The position numbers and the translations under genes were made by a program. Below, piece after piece: positions 1 through 7,542 of a stretch of 57,706 bases of DNA. The notes below the pieces were generated by a model, which saw only the letters and a list, made by a program, of their open reading frames with translations, ran no database searches and was not told where the DNA came from. Location of the stretch: positions 1-57,706 of the IMG/VR virus record IMGVR_UViG_3300032233_002069. One strand, given 5' to 3'. This DNA comes from a virus. Lineage: Duplodnaviria; Caudoviricetes. Position 1 is the first letter of the stretch. Every line of letters begins with the position of its first letter.

Positions 1-245
1 ATCCCCTCTAGGCGCGCGGTGGCGATACGCGCATCCACTTCGGCGGGCGTGAGGACTGGGCCATTATATTTTTTATAACTCCATTCTTCTGCCGCAAAGT
101 ACAGAAGATCATTAACTTGCCATAGTGGGGCGTCATCGTCGGCAAATACCCGCCACCAATACGGTATGCCGCCCACCCAATGCCACCCATCCCGCTCCGG
201 GTTCAGCGGCACCCCAGGCTTGCCGGGCCATCCGTTGTCGCTCAT
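1..245 (-). CDS. Small hypothetical protein, runs off the window start (MSDNGWPGKPGVPLNPERDGWHWVGGIPYWWRVF...); paralog/variant of 57331..57706
   Basis: Hand translation from ATG at 245 (overlaps TGA of the upstream gene, GGAG RBS); no stop before position 1. Confidence 0.65.
   Translation of the reverse strand, partial: MSDNGWPGKPGVPLNPERDGWHWVGGIPYWWRVFADDDAPLWQVNDLLYFAAEEWSYKKYNGPVLTPAEVDARIATARLEG
28..189. repeat. Imperfect ~160-bp direct repeat of the window end (57547..57706)
   Basis: Shared gcgcatccacttc...aaatacccgccaccaatacggtatgccgcccacccaatgccaccca with several substitutions and a 3-nt indel. Confidence 0.9.
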
Positions 246-256
246 TCCTTTTCTCC
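237..256 (-). repeat. Gene-junction motif GGAGAAAAGGAATGAGCGAC, copy 1
   Basis: Exact 20-mer also at 479..498 and 57326..57345. Confidence 0.9.
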
Positions 257-487
257 TATAGGTTTGATTTTCTCAAACAGTGGGCAATCAGTGTGGATGG
301 CATCTGTCCTGTTGATAACTCCACCATCTGGCTTTGATTGGATTGCCCGAAACCAATAAAAAGCCTTCGGTATAACCGGCACTTTATACTCAAAAGTACA
401 CCGCCCATCGCCGCTTGGATGTTTGCGGCCAGACTTTGTTGTTTTCCACTTTGCCCTATTGCACGTGAGGCAACTTTCGTCGCTCAT
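242..487 (-). CDS. Small Cys-rich hypothetical protein (CxxC...C...C)
   Basis: ORF track; ATGA overlaps at both ends. Confidence 0.7.
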   Translation of the reverse strand: MSDESCLTCNRAKWKTTKSGRKHPSGDGRCTFEYKVPVIPKAFYWFRAIQSKPDGGVINRTDAIHTDCPLFEKIKPIGEKE

Positions 488-498
488 TCCTTTTCTCC
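479..498 (-). repeat. Gene-junction motif, copy 2
   Basis: Exact 20-mer; 24 nt identical with the copy at 57326. Confidence 0.9.
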
Positions 499-681
499 CA
501 GCACCGCGCGCGTTTCAGGTTTCAGTGATTGCCAATCGCCCCGGCTGATGTACTTGGCCATGTCATGCAGGGCTTCACGCAGCATCCCATTCTCTTCCAG
601 CAGCAGCCTTGCTTCGGCTTTCGCTTCCACTGTCTCAGCAGTCACGCTGCTGGTGTTGTGTCCCTCGATCTTCATGATCAT
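484..681 (-). CDS. Small hypothetical protein (short coiled coil, ends LGEKE)
   Basis: ORF track; GGAGG RBS. Confidence 0.7.
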   Translation of the reverse strand: MIMKIEGHNTSSVTAETVEAKAEARLLLEENGMLREALHDMAKYISRGDWQSLKPETRAVLGEKE

Positions 682-690
682 TCCTCCCTA

Positions 691-1197
691 TCAATTCACG
701 TTTCTTGCGGAGTGTATGCACTCGACAAGCGAATTTACTATTGCATTGGTTCCGGATAGCGAGATGGTCCAGGTCCTCTCGTTTGTTCTGGGGAACGAGA
801 TATACATCGTGTGACCGAATCTAAATTGATTCTCGAATCGAGGGATATGATTGACGGTCATGTTCCATTCGAGCGTGTCGAGAGTGTTCGACACTGCCGG
901 AGCATTCCAGTGGATGTTGCCATCAATCCTCAGCACGACATCAGTCTCAAATCCGGATCTCATGCGCCATCTCGGATCCACCACATGAAATATGATGCGA
1001 GGATTGTTCTGGATCCACTTCATCATGAAATGGCGACCATCTCGATCGTCGTAAACATCGACGCCACATACCAAATTGTTGTTGGTCGTCCGGGCGACGA
1101 ATGAGGTCCAATTACCGCGTCTCTCCAGAGTCGCAGCATCTTGGGCTAGAGCTGGTGCTGCACTCAGCAGAGCAGCAATCAATAGCTTTCTGATCAT
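691..1197 (-). CDS. Exported protein with signal peptide, loosely IalB-like
   Basis: MIRKLLIAALLSAAPALA-QDA signal peptide; GNW...C...SLSGTNAIVNSLVEC pattern. Confidence 0.55.
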   Translation of the reverse strand: MIRKLLIAALLSAAPALAQDAATLERRGNWTSFVARTTNNNLVCGVDVYDDRDGRHFMMKWIQNNPRIIFHVVDPRWRMRSGFETDVVLRIDGNIHWNAPAVSNTLDTLEWNMTVNHIPRFENQFRFGHTMYISFPRTNERTWTISLSGTNAIVNSLVECIHSARNVN

Positions 1198-1309
1198 GTG
1201 TATATCCACCTCATTAGGAAGTGAGACAGGATGCTCGACAGCAACGTAGCGAAGAATATGACTGCCAGCACGAATGCCGCTGCCATCATCTCATCTTTAC
1301 GCTTTTCAT

Positions 1310-1531
1310 TCACGATTCGGATTCCTTATTCGCCGGGCAATTACGCAGCTTAGGACCATTCCCCCAGGGTGTGCCATCCTCTTCATAGAGCGAGATCATC
1401 GATCCCCAGGTGGTCTCGTATTGGACAACGCGTAGAATGACCTTGCCGGTTCGGTAATCGGACGATATCACCCTGGCGGGCTGACTACGCTCCGTTTCGA
1501 TGCTGCCTTGCCAATCGACTGCTACGATCAT
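1310..1531 (-). CDS. Hypothetical protein
   Basis: ORF track; fits the operon. Confidence 0.55.
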   Translation of the reverse strand: MIVAVDWQGSIETERSQPARVISSDYRTGKVILRVVQYETTWGSMISLYEEDGTPWGNGPKLRNCPANKESES

Positions 1532-1548
1532 GTGTCTTCTCCGCGATG

Positions 1549-1752
1549 TCAGAAGGATTTAAGGAACCGGCTGAGGGTAGGATTCGACTGCGCCCGAATA
1601 TCGGGATTCGGAAGCGTCCAGCATTCGCCGTTACTGTCGAGGAAGCACACCCACATCAGGTGCGATTCGGGACCGTAATCGATGAGAAAATGCGCCAGTG
1701 CTGAGCCTTTGGAGGTGTTCAATGGTATGGGCGGATTAAGCTGAAGGATCAT
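1549..1752 (-). CDS. Small phage hypothetical protein (MILQLNPPIPL...LIDYGPE...WVCF)
   Basis: ORF track; GGAGG RBS before ATG at 1752. Confidence 0.7.
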   Translation of the reverse strand: MILQLNPPIPLNTSKGSALAHFLIDYGPESHLMWVCFLDSNGECWTLPNPDIRAQSNPTLSRFLKSF

Positions 1753-1945
1753 GGTCGTGGACCTCCTTGCGATGCCTCGCACCGTCTATGTATCCGACAT
1801 AGTAGTATTCTGCCCACTCGGGCGAAGCGTCATGAGGAATCGTGTCATTGTTGCCGCACTTTCCGTCCTCGAATCCTATCAACAGAGCATTCGTTATACT
1901 GCTCGTGTCGGGTGCGGTCGGCCTGACCATTACGGGTTCAGTCAT
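1736..1945 (-). CDS. Hypothetical protein
   Basis: ORF track; overlaps neighbours. Confidence 0.55.
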   Translation of the reverse strand: MTEPVMVRPTAPDTSSITNALLIGFEDGKCGNNDTIPHDASPEWAEYYYVGYIDGARHRKEVHDHDPSA

Positions 1946-2231
1946 TATACATTCCTTCCAGCCTATCGAGCATCATGTCGCACAGCATCCGCGTGTATTT
2001 GAGGTCGTGCATAGCGGTATCGTCCGCGCCATTCGCCCTGTTGGTCATATATTTGGTCAACACGAACAGCACCTCTTTCAGGGTCTTACTCTGAGAGCTG
2101 TCGGCCATGGTGAGCAGGTTGATGCGTCTGAGACATTCGGCCATTTCGAGATCAGCGACCCGCATGGGGTTCGTCTGAGGCTCCAGCCCGACCATGTCGA
2201 TCGGGCTGGATTTGTGCCATTGCATATTCAC
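1938..2231 (-). CDS. Hypothetical protein
   Basis: ORF track; GGAGG RBS. Confidence 0.6.
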   Translation of the reverse strand: MNMQWHKSSPIDMVGLEPQTNPMRVADLEMAECLRRINLLTMADSSQSKTLKEVLFVLTKYMTNRANGADDTAMHDLKYTRMLCDMMLDRLEGMYND

Positions 2232-2239
2232 GTCCTCCC

Positions 2240-2647
2240 TTAAAGCAGCGCGCGAATAGAAGAAGATATATCGTCCAAGCTACCACCCCTAAGAATATAA
2301 TCCTTAGCCGGAGCGATTTCGCTAGCCTCGAATGCGATGTAGGCATCAGAGCCATACACCGGATCCACCTCGACCCAATGATCGACGTTCAGCTTACCAC
2401 CGGCAGCGAGACGAGCACGAACGCGATCGGCGAAGGCTTCGGCACGATCGGCAGCATCCCACACCCGACGATAATAGGGACCATCTTCCGGATCGTTAAC
2501 CAATTCGGCGGCAGGATAAGACACTTCGTGACGGAAGCGACGACCTTTAGAGGTCACGAATTGGACGAAAAAGCTCTCGAAGATCTCGGGACCATCATTA
2601 CCGCGAACTTCGAAAAGATCGGAACCGACTTCAATTTCCAGGGCCAT
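2240..2647 (-). CDS. Hypothetical protein with its own promoter (moron-like)
   Basis: ORF track; promoter at 2680..2712. Confidence 0.7.
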   Translation of the reverse strand: MALEIEVGSDLFEVRGNDGPEIFESFFVQFVTSKGRRFRHEVSYPAAELVNDPEDGPYYRRVWDAADRAEAFADRVRARLAAGGKLNVDHWVEVDPVYGSDAYIAFEASEIAPAKDYILRGGSLDDISSSIRALL

Positions 2648-2679
2648 TGTCTATCTCCACGTGTCTGAACTACAAGAGC

Positions 2680-2712
2680 ATTATAGCACAATGTTCTTGT
2701 GCTTACAATATA
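2680..2712 (-). promoter_or_regulatory. Sigma70-like promoter, repeated-motif copy (TTGTAA-17-TATAAT, extended -10)
   Basis: Read directly; conserved across copies. Confidence 0.75.
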
Positions 2713-2718
2713 CCCTCA

Positions 2719-3081
2719 TCAGCTCGATTCCTCCATGTGACGCTTACGACCTTCTTCACCCAGATAGCACCGAGACAAGCACATTTGCTGGATGCGACCG
2801 AATACCAATCCGCGCAGAGCGTCGTCTTGCGATGCGAATGGGCCGGGTGCGGTCCAAGCTCGCACCACCATGCCCACAGGGGCGCTACCACCAACATACG
2901 GAGTGTAACCAGGGGTGGTGGTTTTTAGCCAGCACACGTAACCAGCAGGCTTGCCCTTATTAGGTCCGCTCTTTAGCACTGGCAAGCTGTCGATGGCTTC
3001 CTGGCCAAAAAGCTTAACTGCGTATTGATATCCCCACTCGTCGGAGAGTTTCGCTGCCTTTTGCTCGATCTGGGCTTTCAT
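2719..3081 (-). CDS. Hypothetical protein with its own promoter (moron-like)
   Basis: ORF track; promoter at 3120..3152. Confidence 0.7.
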   Translation of the reverse strand: MKAQIEQKAAKLSDEWGYQYAVKLFGQEAIDSLPVLKSGPNKGKPAGYVCWLKTTTPGYTPYVGGSAPVGMVVRAWTAPGPFASQDDALRGLVFGRIQQMCLSRCYLGEEGRKRHMEESS

Positions 3082-3119
3082 CGTACGGTCCTGTATCTAA
3101 GGTGTTGTTACCTGAATAC

Positions 3120-3152
3120 ATTATAGCACAATGTTGTTATGCCCACAATATA
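3120..3152 (-). promoter_or_regulatory. Repeated promoter copy (TTGTGG-17-TATAAT)
   Basis: Read directly. Confidence 0.75.
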
Positions 3153-3164
3153 TTTCAGAACGAG

Positions 3165-4658
3165 CTACGTTTTGCTGCCTTTCACTGCCTCGAAGATGCT
3201 CTCTTTACGCTCCAGCGCGCGAGCGATAGCGTAATCGCGGTCATTGCTCACGAGGTCGATGACAGTGGTCTGACCCACCTGATTCACACCCCTGTTACGT
3301 TCTTCGCATTGGCTCCGGTCGTCGAGCGAATAAGTGTTCTCGTAGAAGACTGTGTGCAGACAGGGGTTCGTCTTATTGCCCATCAGCATATGACCATACT
3401 TGGTAGCTCGGATCTGGCCAATTATCACCCGACAGGCCGGGTCGTTATTGAAACGATTCTTCTCCTCGATCACGCTCCTGCTGTTCGAGTGGTGCCAGCC
3501 ATCGTCGCGAATGAAGGCCGGATTGAAGCGCTGCAAGACTCGACCGAGTAGGTCCATCGAGGGCCGATAATGAGCCAGCACGACCAGCTTCTGCCCTTCT
3601 GGGATCTCGTTTTCGAGTATGTATTCGATCTCTTTAGCTCGCGGTGGAGTGGACTCCGGATCAATGAAATGGGCGAACCTATTCTCGTCGTATACGAATC
3701 CGGACGCTATCTGTTGGAGTTTCAGCAGCTGAGTGATGACCTGATCGGCGGTGACGAATGCATCATTCAGCAGAGCCACGAAATCCTGATCCATCTGCTT
3801 GTACAGCGCCAGCTGCTTGGGCGTCATGTCCACCCAGCGCTTCGCGTAATCCGGGCTATCGATATTCGCCCAGTCTCGCTTACTGGCGAACCAGCTGCAG
3901 CGACTCAGCATCTCTTGCAGGCGCGGAGCCGAGTCTTTGTTGATACCCACCACCTGCTTGCCCATGTATCCGCCCATCCGGCAGAAGGCATTCTTAAACA
4001 CGACCGGCGACAGACCATTCGCTTCGCCCATAAATCGCATCTGCGTCCACAGGTCGTGCGGTCCTTGCGTCATGGGCTTGCCGCTCAGGCACCGAGTCAT
4101 CTTCGCGACTTTCCCAGCCATCATGACTGCTCTTGAAGTCTTGCTGCTCGGGTTCTTAATCCAGATGCTCTCGTCGGCGATTATCATGGCGCCGGATGTC
4201 CAATCCGCGATTTCGCGAGCGACGGGTCCTTGCGCCAGGGCTTCGTAATTCAGCACGAAAGCTCCCGCACTGGACTTTTTCAGAATGCCGCGATGAATGT
4301 CCTTGGTCGTGATGGGCTTCGGGACTATTGGCGCCTTTTTATCGATCGCCTCCTTTTCCCAATCGCCTACGAATTTATTCGGCGAGAGTATGACGAATTT
4401 ATTGGTCAGTCCATCCCTTGCGGCCAGAGCCATTTCAGCCAGGGCGACGCTGGTCTTACCGAGTCGCATTTCGAGGAAGTGTCCCCAGCCATAGGCTGGG
4501 GCTAAGGCGCTCCGAATGGCAGTAGGACTCAAGTCGCCATTCGGCTTATAGGCACTGACTCCGAAATATGAGCGGGATAGTGCCTCTAATTGGACCACAC
4601 GGGGTTCGCATTCGAGCGGCCAGTCTTTCTCGGTAGCATAGGTTAAGCTGCGTACCAT
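3165..4658 (-). CDS. SNF2-family (SF2) helicase
   Basis: EMRLGKT (Walker A), IADES (Walker B), LSGKP, QLLKLQQIASGF, RSQCEER. Confidence 0.85.
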   Translation of the reverse strand: MVRSLTYATEKDWPLECEPRVVQLEALSRSYFGVSAYKPNGDLSPTAIRSALAPAYGWGHFLEMRLGKTSVALAEMALAARDGLTNKFVILSPNKFVGDWEKEAIDKKAPIVPKPITTKDIHRGILKKSSAGAFVLNYEALAQGPVAREIADWTSGAMIIADESIWIKNPSSKTSRAVMMAGKVAKMTRCLSGKPMTQGPHDLWTQMRFMGEANGLSPVVFKNAFCRMGGYMGKQVVGINKDSAPRLQEMLSRCSWFASKRDWANIDSPDYAKRWVDMTPKQLALYKQMDQDFVALLNDAFVTADQVITQLLKLQQIASGFVYDENRFAHFIDPESTPPRAKEIEYILENEIPEGQKLVVLAHYRPSMDLLGRVLQRFNPAFIRDDGWHHSNSRSVIEEKNRFNNDPACRVIIGQIRATKYGHMLMGNKTNPCLHTVFYENTYSLDDRSQCEERNRGVNQVGQTTVIDLVSNDRDYAIARALERKESIFEAVKGSKT

Positions 4659-5173
4659 GTGATTTCTTTTTCAGCCTCTTTTATGATCCTGCTCACGAAA
4701 TCCTCGACATCCGCAGCAGTGCAGTCTGCTCCCAGCGAATCGATAGCCTTTTCGAGAAGCTTGGTGATCTCGCGCCGGAGCTTGGTTAAACGAGTATTAC
4801 CCATGCTCTCTTCCTCAGTCAGCCATACAACCGCATCCAACAGGTCAGCTATTTTGACCAGCTTCTTGGTCAGACTGGATGTGGCCGAGCTTTCGTCCAT
4901 CATCCAATGCTTTATGGCTTTCTCGGCGCTATCGTAATCGGAGAGACGCCTTTTGAGAGGGCTGGGTATGTCACCCGTGAAGGCTTCCGCCATGTCGTGG
5001 ACAAGCGCGTAAGACAGCGCTTCTGCCGTTTCTTCTGACGATAGTCCCATAGTGTCACACATGCTCTTCGTGTAGAGGGCGACATAATAGGAATGCTCAG
5101 CGACAGACTGATTGCGTATCTTCGGCACGATCGCCCACCGCTGGACGTACGATAGTCTCCTAGATCCTTTCAC
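4643..5173 (-). CDS. datZ: HD-domain dATP triphosphohydrolase DatZ
   Basis: RW...QSVAEHSY...VHDMAEAFTGDIPSP...KIADLLD HD/YfbR-like motifs; next to purZ. Confidence 0.85.
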   Translation of the reverse strand: MKGSRRLSYVQRWAIVPKIRNQSVAEHSYYVALYTKSMCDTMGLSSEETAEALSYALVHDMAEAFTGDIPSPLKRRLSDYDSAEKAIKHWMMDESSATSSLTKKLVKIADLLDAVVWLTEEESMGNTRLTKLRREITKLLEKAIDSLGADCTAADVEDFVSRIIKEAEKEITWYAA

Positions 5174-5475
5174 TGTTCGACGTCCTCTTTCACATCCGGC
5201 AATTCGTCGAGTGCAACGCTGGTGATGATCATGGCAAAGTTCGCAATGTCGGCGCCTTCGAGCAGGATCTCGGCATAGCTCTGCTCGTGCATGGCTTGCC
5301 TCAGCTCATCGACCTCCTCCACCATTCGGAGAAGAGCCTCCGATAGGCTGAGGTCCTCCCACTTGCCCTTATGCTTATTCTTGCGGAGCTTGTACACCAT
5401 CGCGCTCCAGAACCGGCTGAGGTCCTTCGCAATGGGCGTCAGCTCGTCCGGAATATAGACATTGATGTGAGGCAT
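5170..5475 (-). CDS. mazZ: MazG-like nucleotide pyrophosphohydrolase (MazZ candidate)
   Basis: EEVDEL...EGADIANF MazG acidic motif; between datZ and purZ. Confidence 0.65.
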   Translation of the reverse strand: MPHINVYIPDELTPIAKDLSRFWSAMVYKLRKNKHKGKWEDLSLSEALLRMVEEVDELRQAMHEQSYAEILLEGADIANFAMIITSVALDELPDVKEDVEQ

Positions 5476-6593
5476 TACCGGGTCCCCTCGACAGTGACGA
5501 CATCAGTCGTGGACGGACCGAACCCCAGCAGCAGGAGAGGCTTCTTGTATTGACCAGCCGACAGGTTCACCAAATTGTCGAGGTCGTCGTTGATGTTGCT
5601 GAGCATTGCCTCCAGGTCATGCTTCTTCATGTAATTGGCGAAGTTCAGCAGGATCGTGTCGGGCCTATTGACGGACACCGCTTCCACGAATTGCATGCGC
5701 GACCACGAGAAAATCCGGCGCACCCGCTTGGTGACGGTCGTGTATTCCGGTTCTTGTCCGACTTCTTCCCAGGTAAGCTCGCGCTGATCCGGGTAGCAAT
5801 CGCCGCTGCTGTTCTCGGTATTGCCGACACGAATCGGGTAGGTGCGAACCACCATCATGACCTTGTTAAGCGTCTGAAGGGGCAAGCGAGCGTCGGCCAT
5901 GGCTTGGCCCACAGTGCATTCGCGGTGGGTGCAGTGAGGATAGAACCCGCTATTGATGCCTAGGCTAAAGCCCTGGGACGTCTCGACAAACACCACGCCA
6001 GCATATGGGTCGAAGGCGCGCATCGCCCAGGAGGGAGTCATCTTGTCGGGGATGTCGCCCAAAGGCAGATTGTCGCCATATACGCGACCGGTGCGAAGGA
6101 TACGGGCTGCTGCAGCCGGTCCGGTGCCTTTGCCGGTGGACGCGATGCGCTTCACCAAATCGGTGTTGGTGCTCTTGTCAGCGTCGGTGACTTCGGCTGC
6201 GTGAGGGTGTATCGCCACCAGATCTTGAGCGTGTTCGGACAGCGCTTTCCACTCGGTCAGCAGCTCATCCATAGCGATAACTGCACCGCCATTCAGATAG
6301 GTGTAAGTAGGACGACCCAGATGGTCGAGCACTGAGGTGGCAATCGGGATCTGCTTGTTGATCCACTTTCCGCCCGGAATAATCGCCGTATGGCCACTGT
6401 TTGGACCAGCATTCGACATGATGCCGTCGATAGGGAGAGCGGTCTCCTTGGCATAAGCCGCCAGCAGCGCTGCTGCTACGCCTTTGCCGGTCGATCCGTA
6501 TTGACCGTCCACCAGCACATAAGAGCCGGTGGTTCTGAACCATCCCGATTCGTATAACGCCTTCACTACGTCGCGATTAATGATCTCAGCCAT
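5475..6593 (-). CDS. purZ: PurZ, N6-succino-2-amino-2'-deoxyadenylate synthase (PurA paralog)
   Basis: DGQYGSTGKG (Ser at the PurA catalytic Asp), NSGHT, QGFSL..FYPHCTHRECT, YPIRVG, TTVTKRVRR, LNFANY in place of PurA TKLD. Confidence 0.93.
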   Translation of the reverse strand: MAEIINRDVVKALYESGWFRTTGSYVLVDGQYGSTGKGVAAALLAAYAKETALPIDGIMSNAGPNSGHTAIIPGGKWINKQIPIATSVLDHLGRPTYTYLNGGAVIAMDELLTEWKALSEHAQDLVAIHPHAAEVTDADKSTNTDLVKRIASTGKGTGPAAAARILRTGRVYGDNLPLGDIPDKMTPSWAMRAFDPYAGVVFVETSQGFSLGINSGFYPHCTHRECTVGQAMADARLPLQTLNKVMMVVRTYPIRVGNTENSSGDCYPDQRELTWEEVGQEPEYTTVTKRVRRIFSWSRMQFVEAVSVNRPDTILLNFANYMKKHDLEAMLSNINDDLDNLVNLSAGQYKKPLLLLGFGPSTTDVVTVEGTR

Positions 6594-7017
6594 ATGTCTT
6601 CTCCAGGATCAGTGGCGTTAAACGCCGGGTTAACCGGTTCTTCTCAACCGGAATTACGAAATCAGGGTCGTGCTTCAGATGGGTAAAGCGAGCGTCGCAG
6701 ACCTGCAACGAATGAAGCTTGCCCTTCGTGTCTTTAAATCCGACCAGGACTACCGAATGTTCGAATTTGCTCAATTCGTCGTGTTGCTTCGGAGTCACAC
6801 CCGTCAGGACCGGTCTTTCATTGTGGCCCAGCGCTGCGTCGCGTGTGTGGATCTTAACTTCTGCCACCAACAGCACACCGCGAGCACTACGTGCGGGCAT
6901 GATCCGGAGAAGGAGATCGGGCATCCCCACCATGAACCGGTGAGACATCTTCCGCCCATACCCACCTTCTTCTGCGATCCATTTCAGGATGTTCGACTGA
7001 AGCTTAAGTTCTTTCAT
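6586..7017 (-). CDS. VRR-NUC / resolvase-like PD-(D/E)xK nuclease
   Basis: E..LQ..I...GMPDL...EVK...TPKQ. Confidence 0.75.
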   Translation of the reverse strand: MKELKLQSNILKWIAEEGGYGRKMSHRFMVGMPDLLLRIMPARSARGVLLVAEVKIHTRDAALGHNERPVLTGVTPKQHDELSKFEHSVVLVGFKDTKGKLHSLQVCDARFTHLKHDPDFVIPVEKNRLTRRLTPLILEKTYG

Positions 7018-7330
7018 GCTTGGGCAGCTCCCGATTATCCTCGCCTACGTTGCGCTGCCTCAGGACCGCCAGCATGATCAGCGAAGCTGCAGCATGGTAG
7101 AGGTGGCTGATGCCGGTCTCCTGGTCGTTCTCGCGACCGCGCCACCACTCCCAGGTGTGACGCATGGTGGCAGAAAATAGGCGCCCCCATGTCATCCCCC
7201 GTTCCCAATTCCGGTCGCCATATTTCTCCGCACCACGGGTAAACACTTCGGCCAAATAATACATCGCGTCAGGCGGTATCAGATCGAAGCGCACCTTGCC
7301 CTGATCGAATTTCTTTCCCTTGTCCATCAC
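7004..7330 (-). CDS. DUF5664-type dATP/dGTP diphosphohydrolase domain protein
   Basis: KFDQGKVRFDLIP...GAEKYGDRNWERG...RH...DQETGISHLYHA. Confidence 0.8.
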   Translation of the reverse strand: MMDKGKKFDQGKVRFDLIPPDAMYYLAEVFTRGAEKYGDRNWERGMTWGRLFSATMRHTWEWWRGRENDQETGISHLYHAAASLIMLAVLRQRNVGEDNRELPKHERT

Positions 7331-7542
7331 TTCAATCCATTCTTATCGGCCAGCCATTCCGGCACCTTAATGAACACACGAGAGCCAAGCTTGTAATCCT
7401 CTTCGCCCTCTTCGGACTCCACTTTGATCTGGCTCTTGGGTAGCCACACCTCGTCCGTCATGAAGTCGCTCTGGAACAGCACAGCCTTTGCCGTGATGTG
7501 CTTGATAAATCCGTTCAGAGTGACTGTATCCTGCTTTCTCAC
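7327..7542 (-). CDS. Small phage protein (TAKAVLF...VWLPKSQI...VPEWLA)
   Basis: GTGA overlap with polymerase stop; recognisable pattern. Confidence 0.7.
   Translation of the reverse strand: MRKQDTVTLNGFIKHITAKAVLFQSDFMTDEVWLPKSQIKVESEEGEEDYKLGSRVFIKVPEWLADKNGLK

Noticed and set aside
28-189. End repeats as a DGR template/variable repeat pair
   Set aside because: Mismatches are not adenine-specific, there is an indel, and no reverse transcriptase is visible.
5475-6593. Ordinary purA auxiliary metabolic gene
   Set aside because: Lacks GDEGKG and TKLD; has PurZ signatures and a datZ neighbour.
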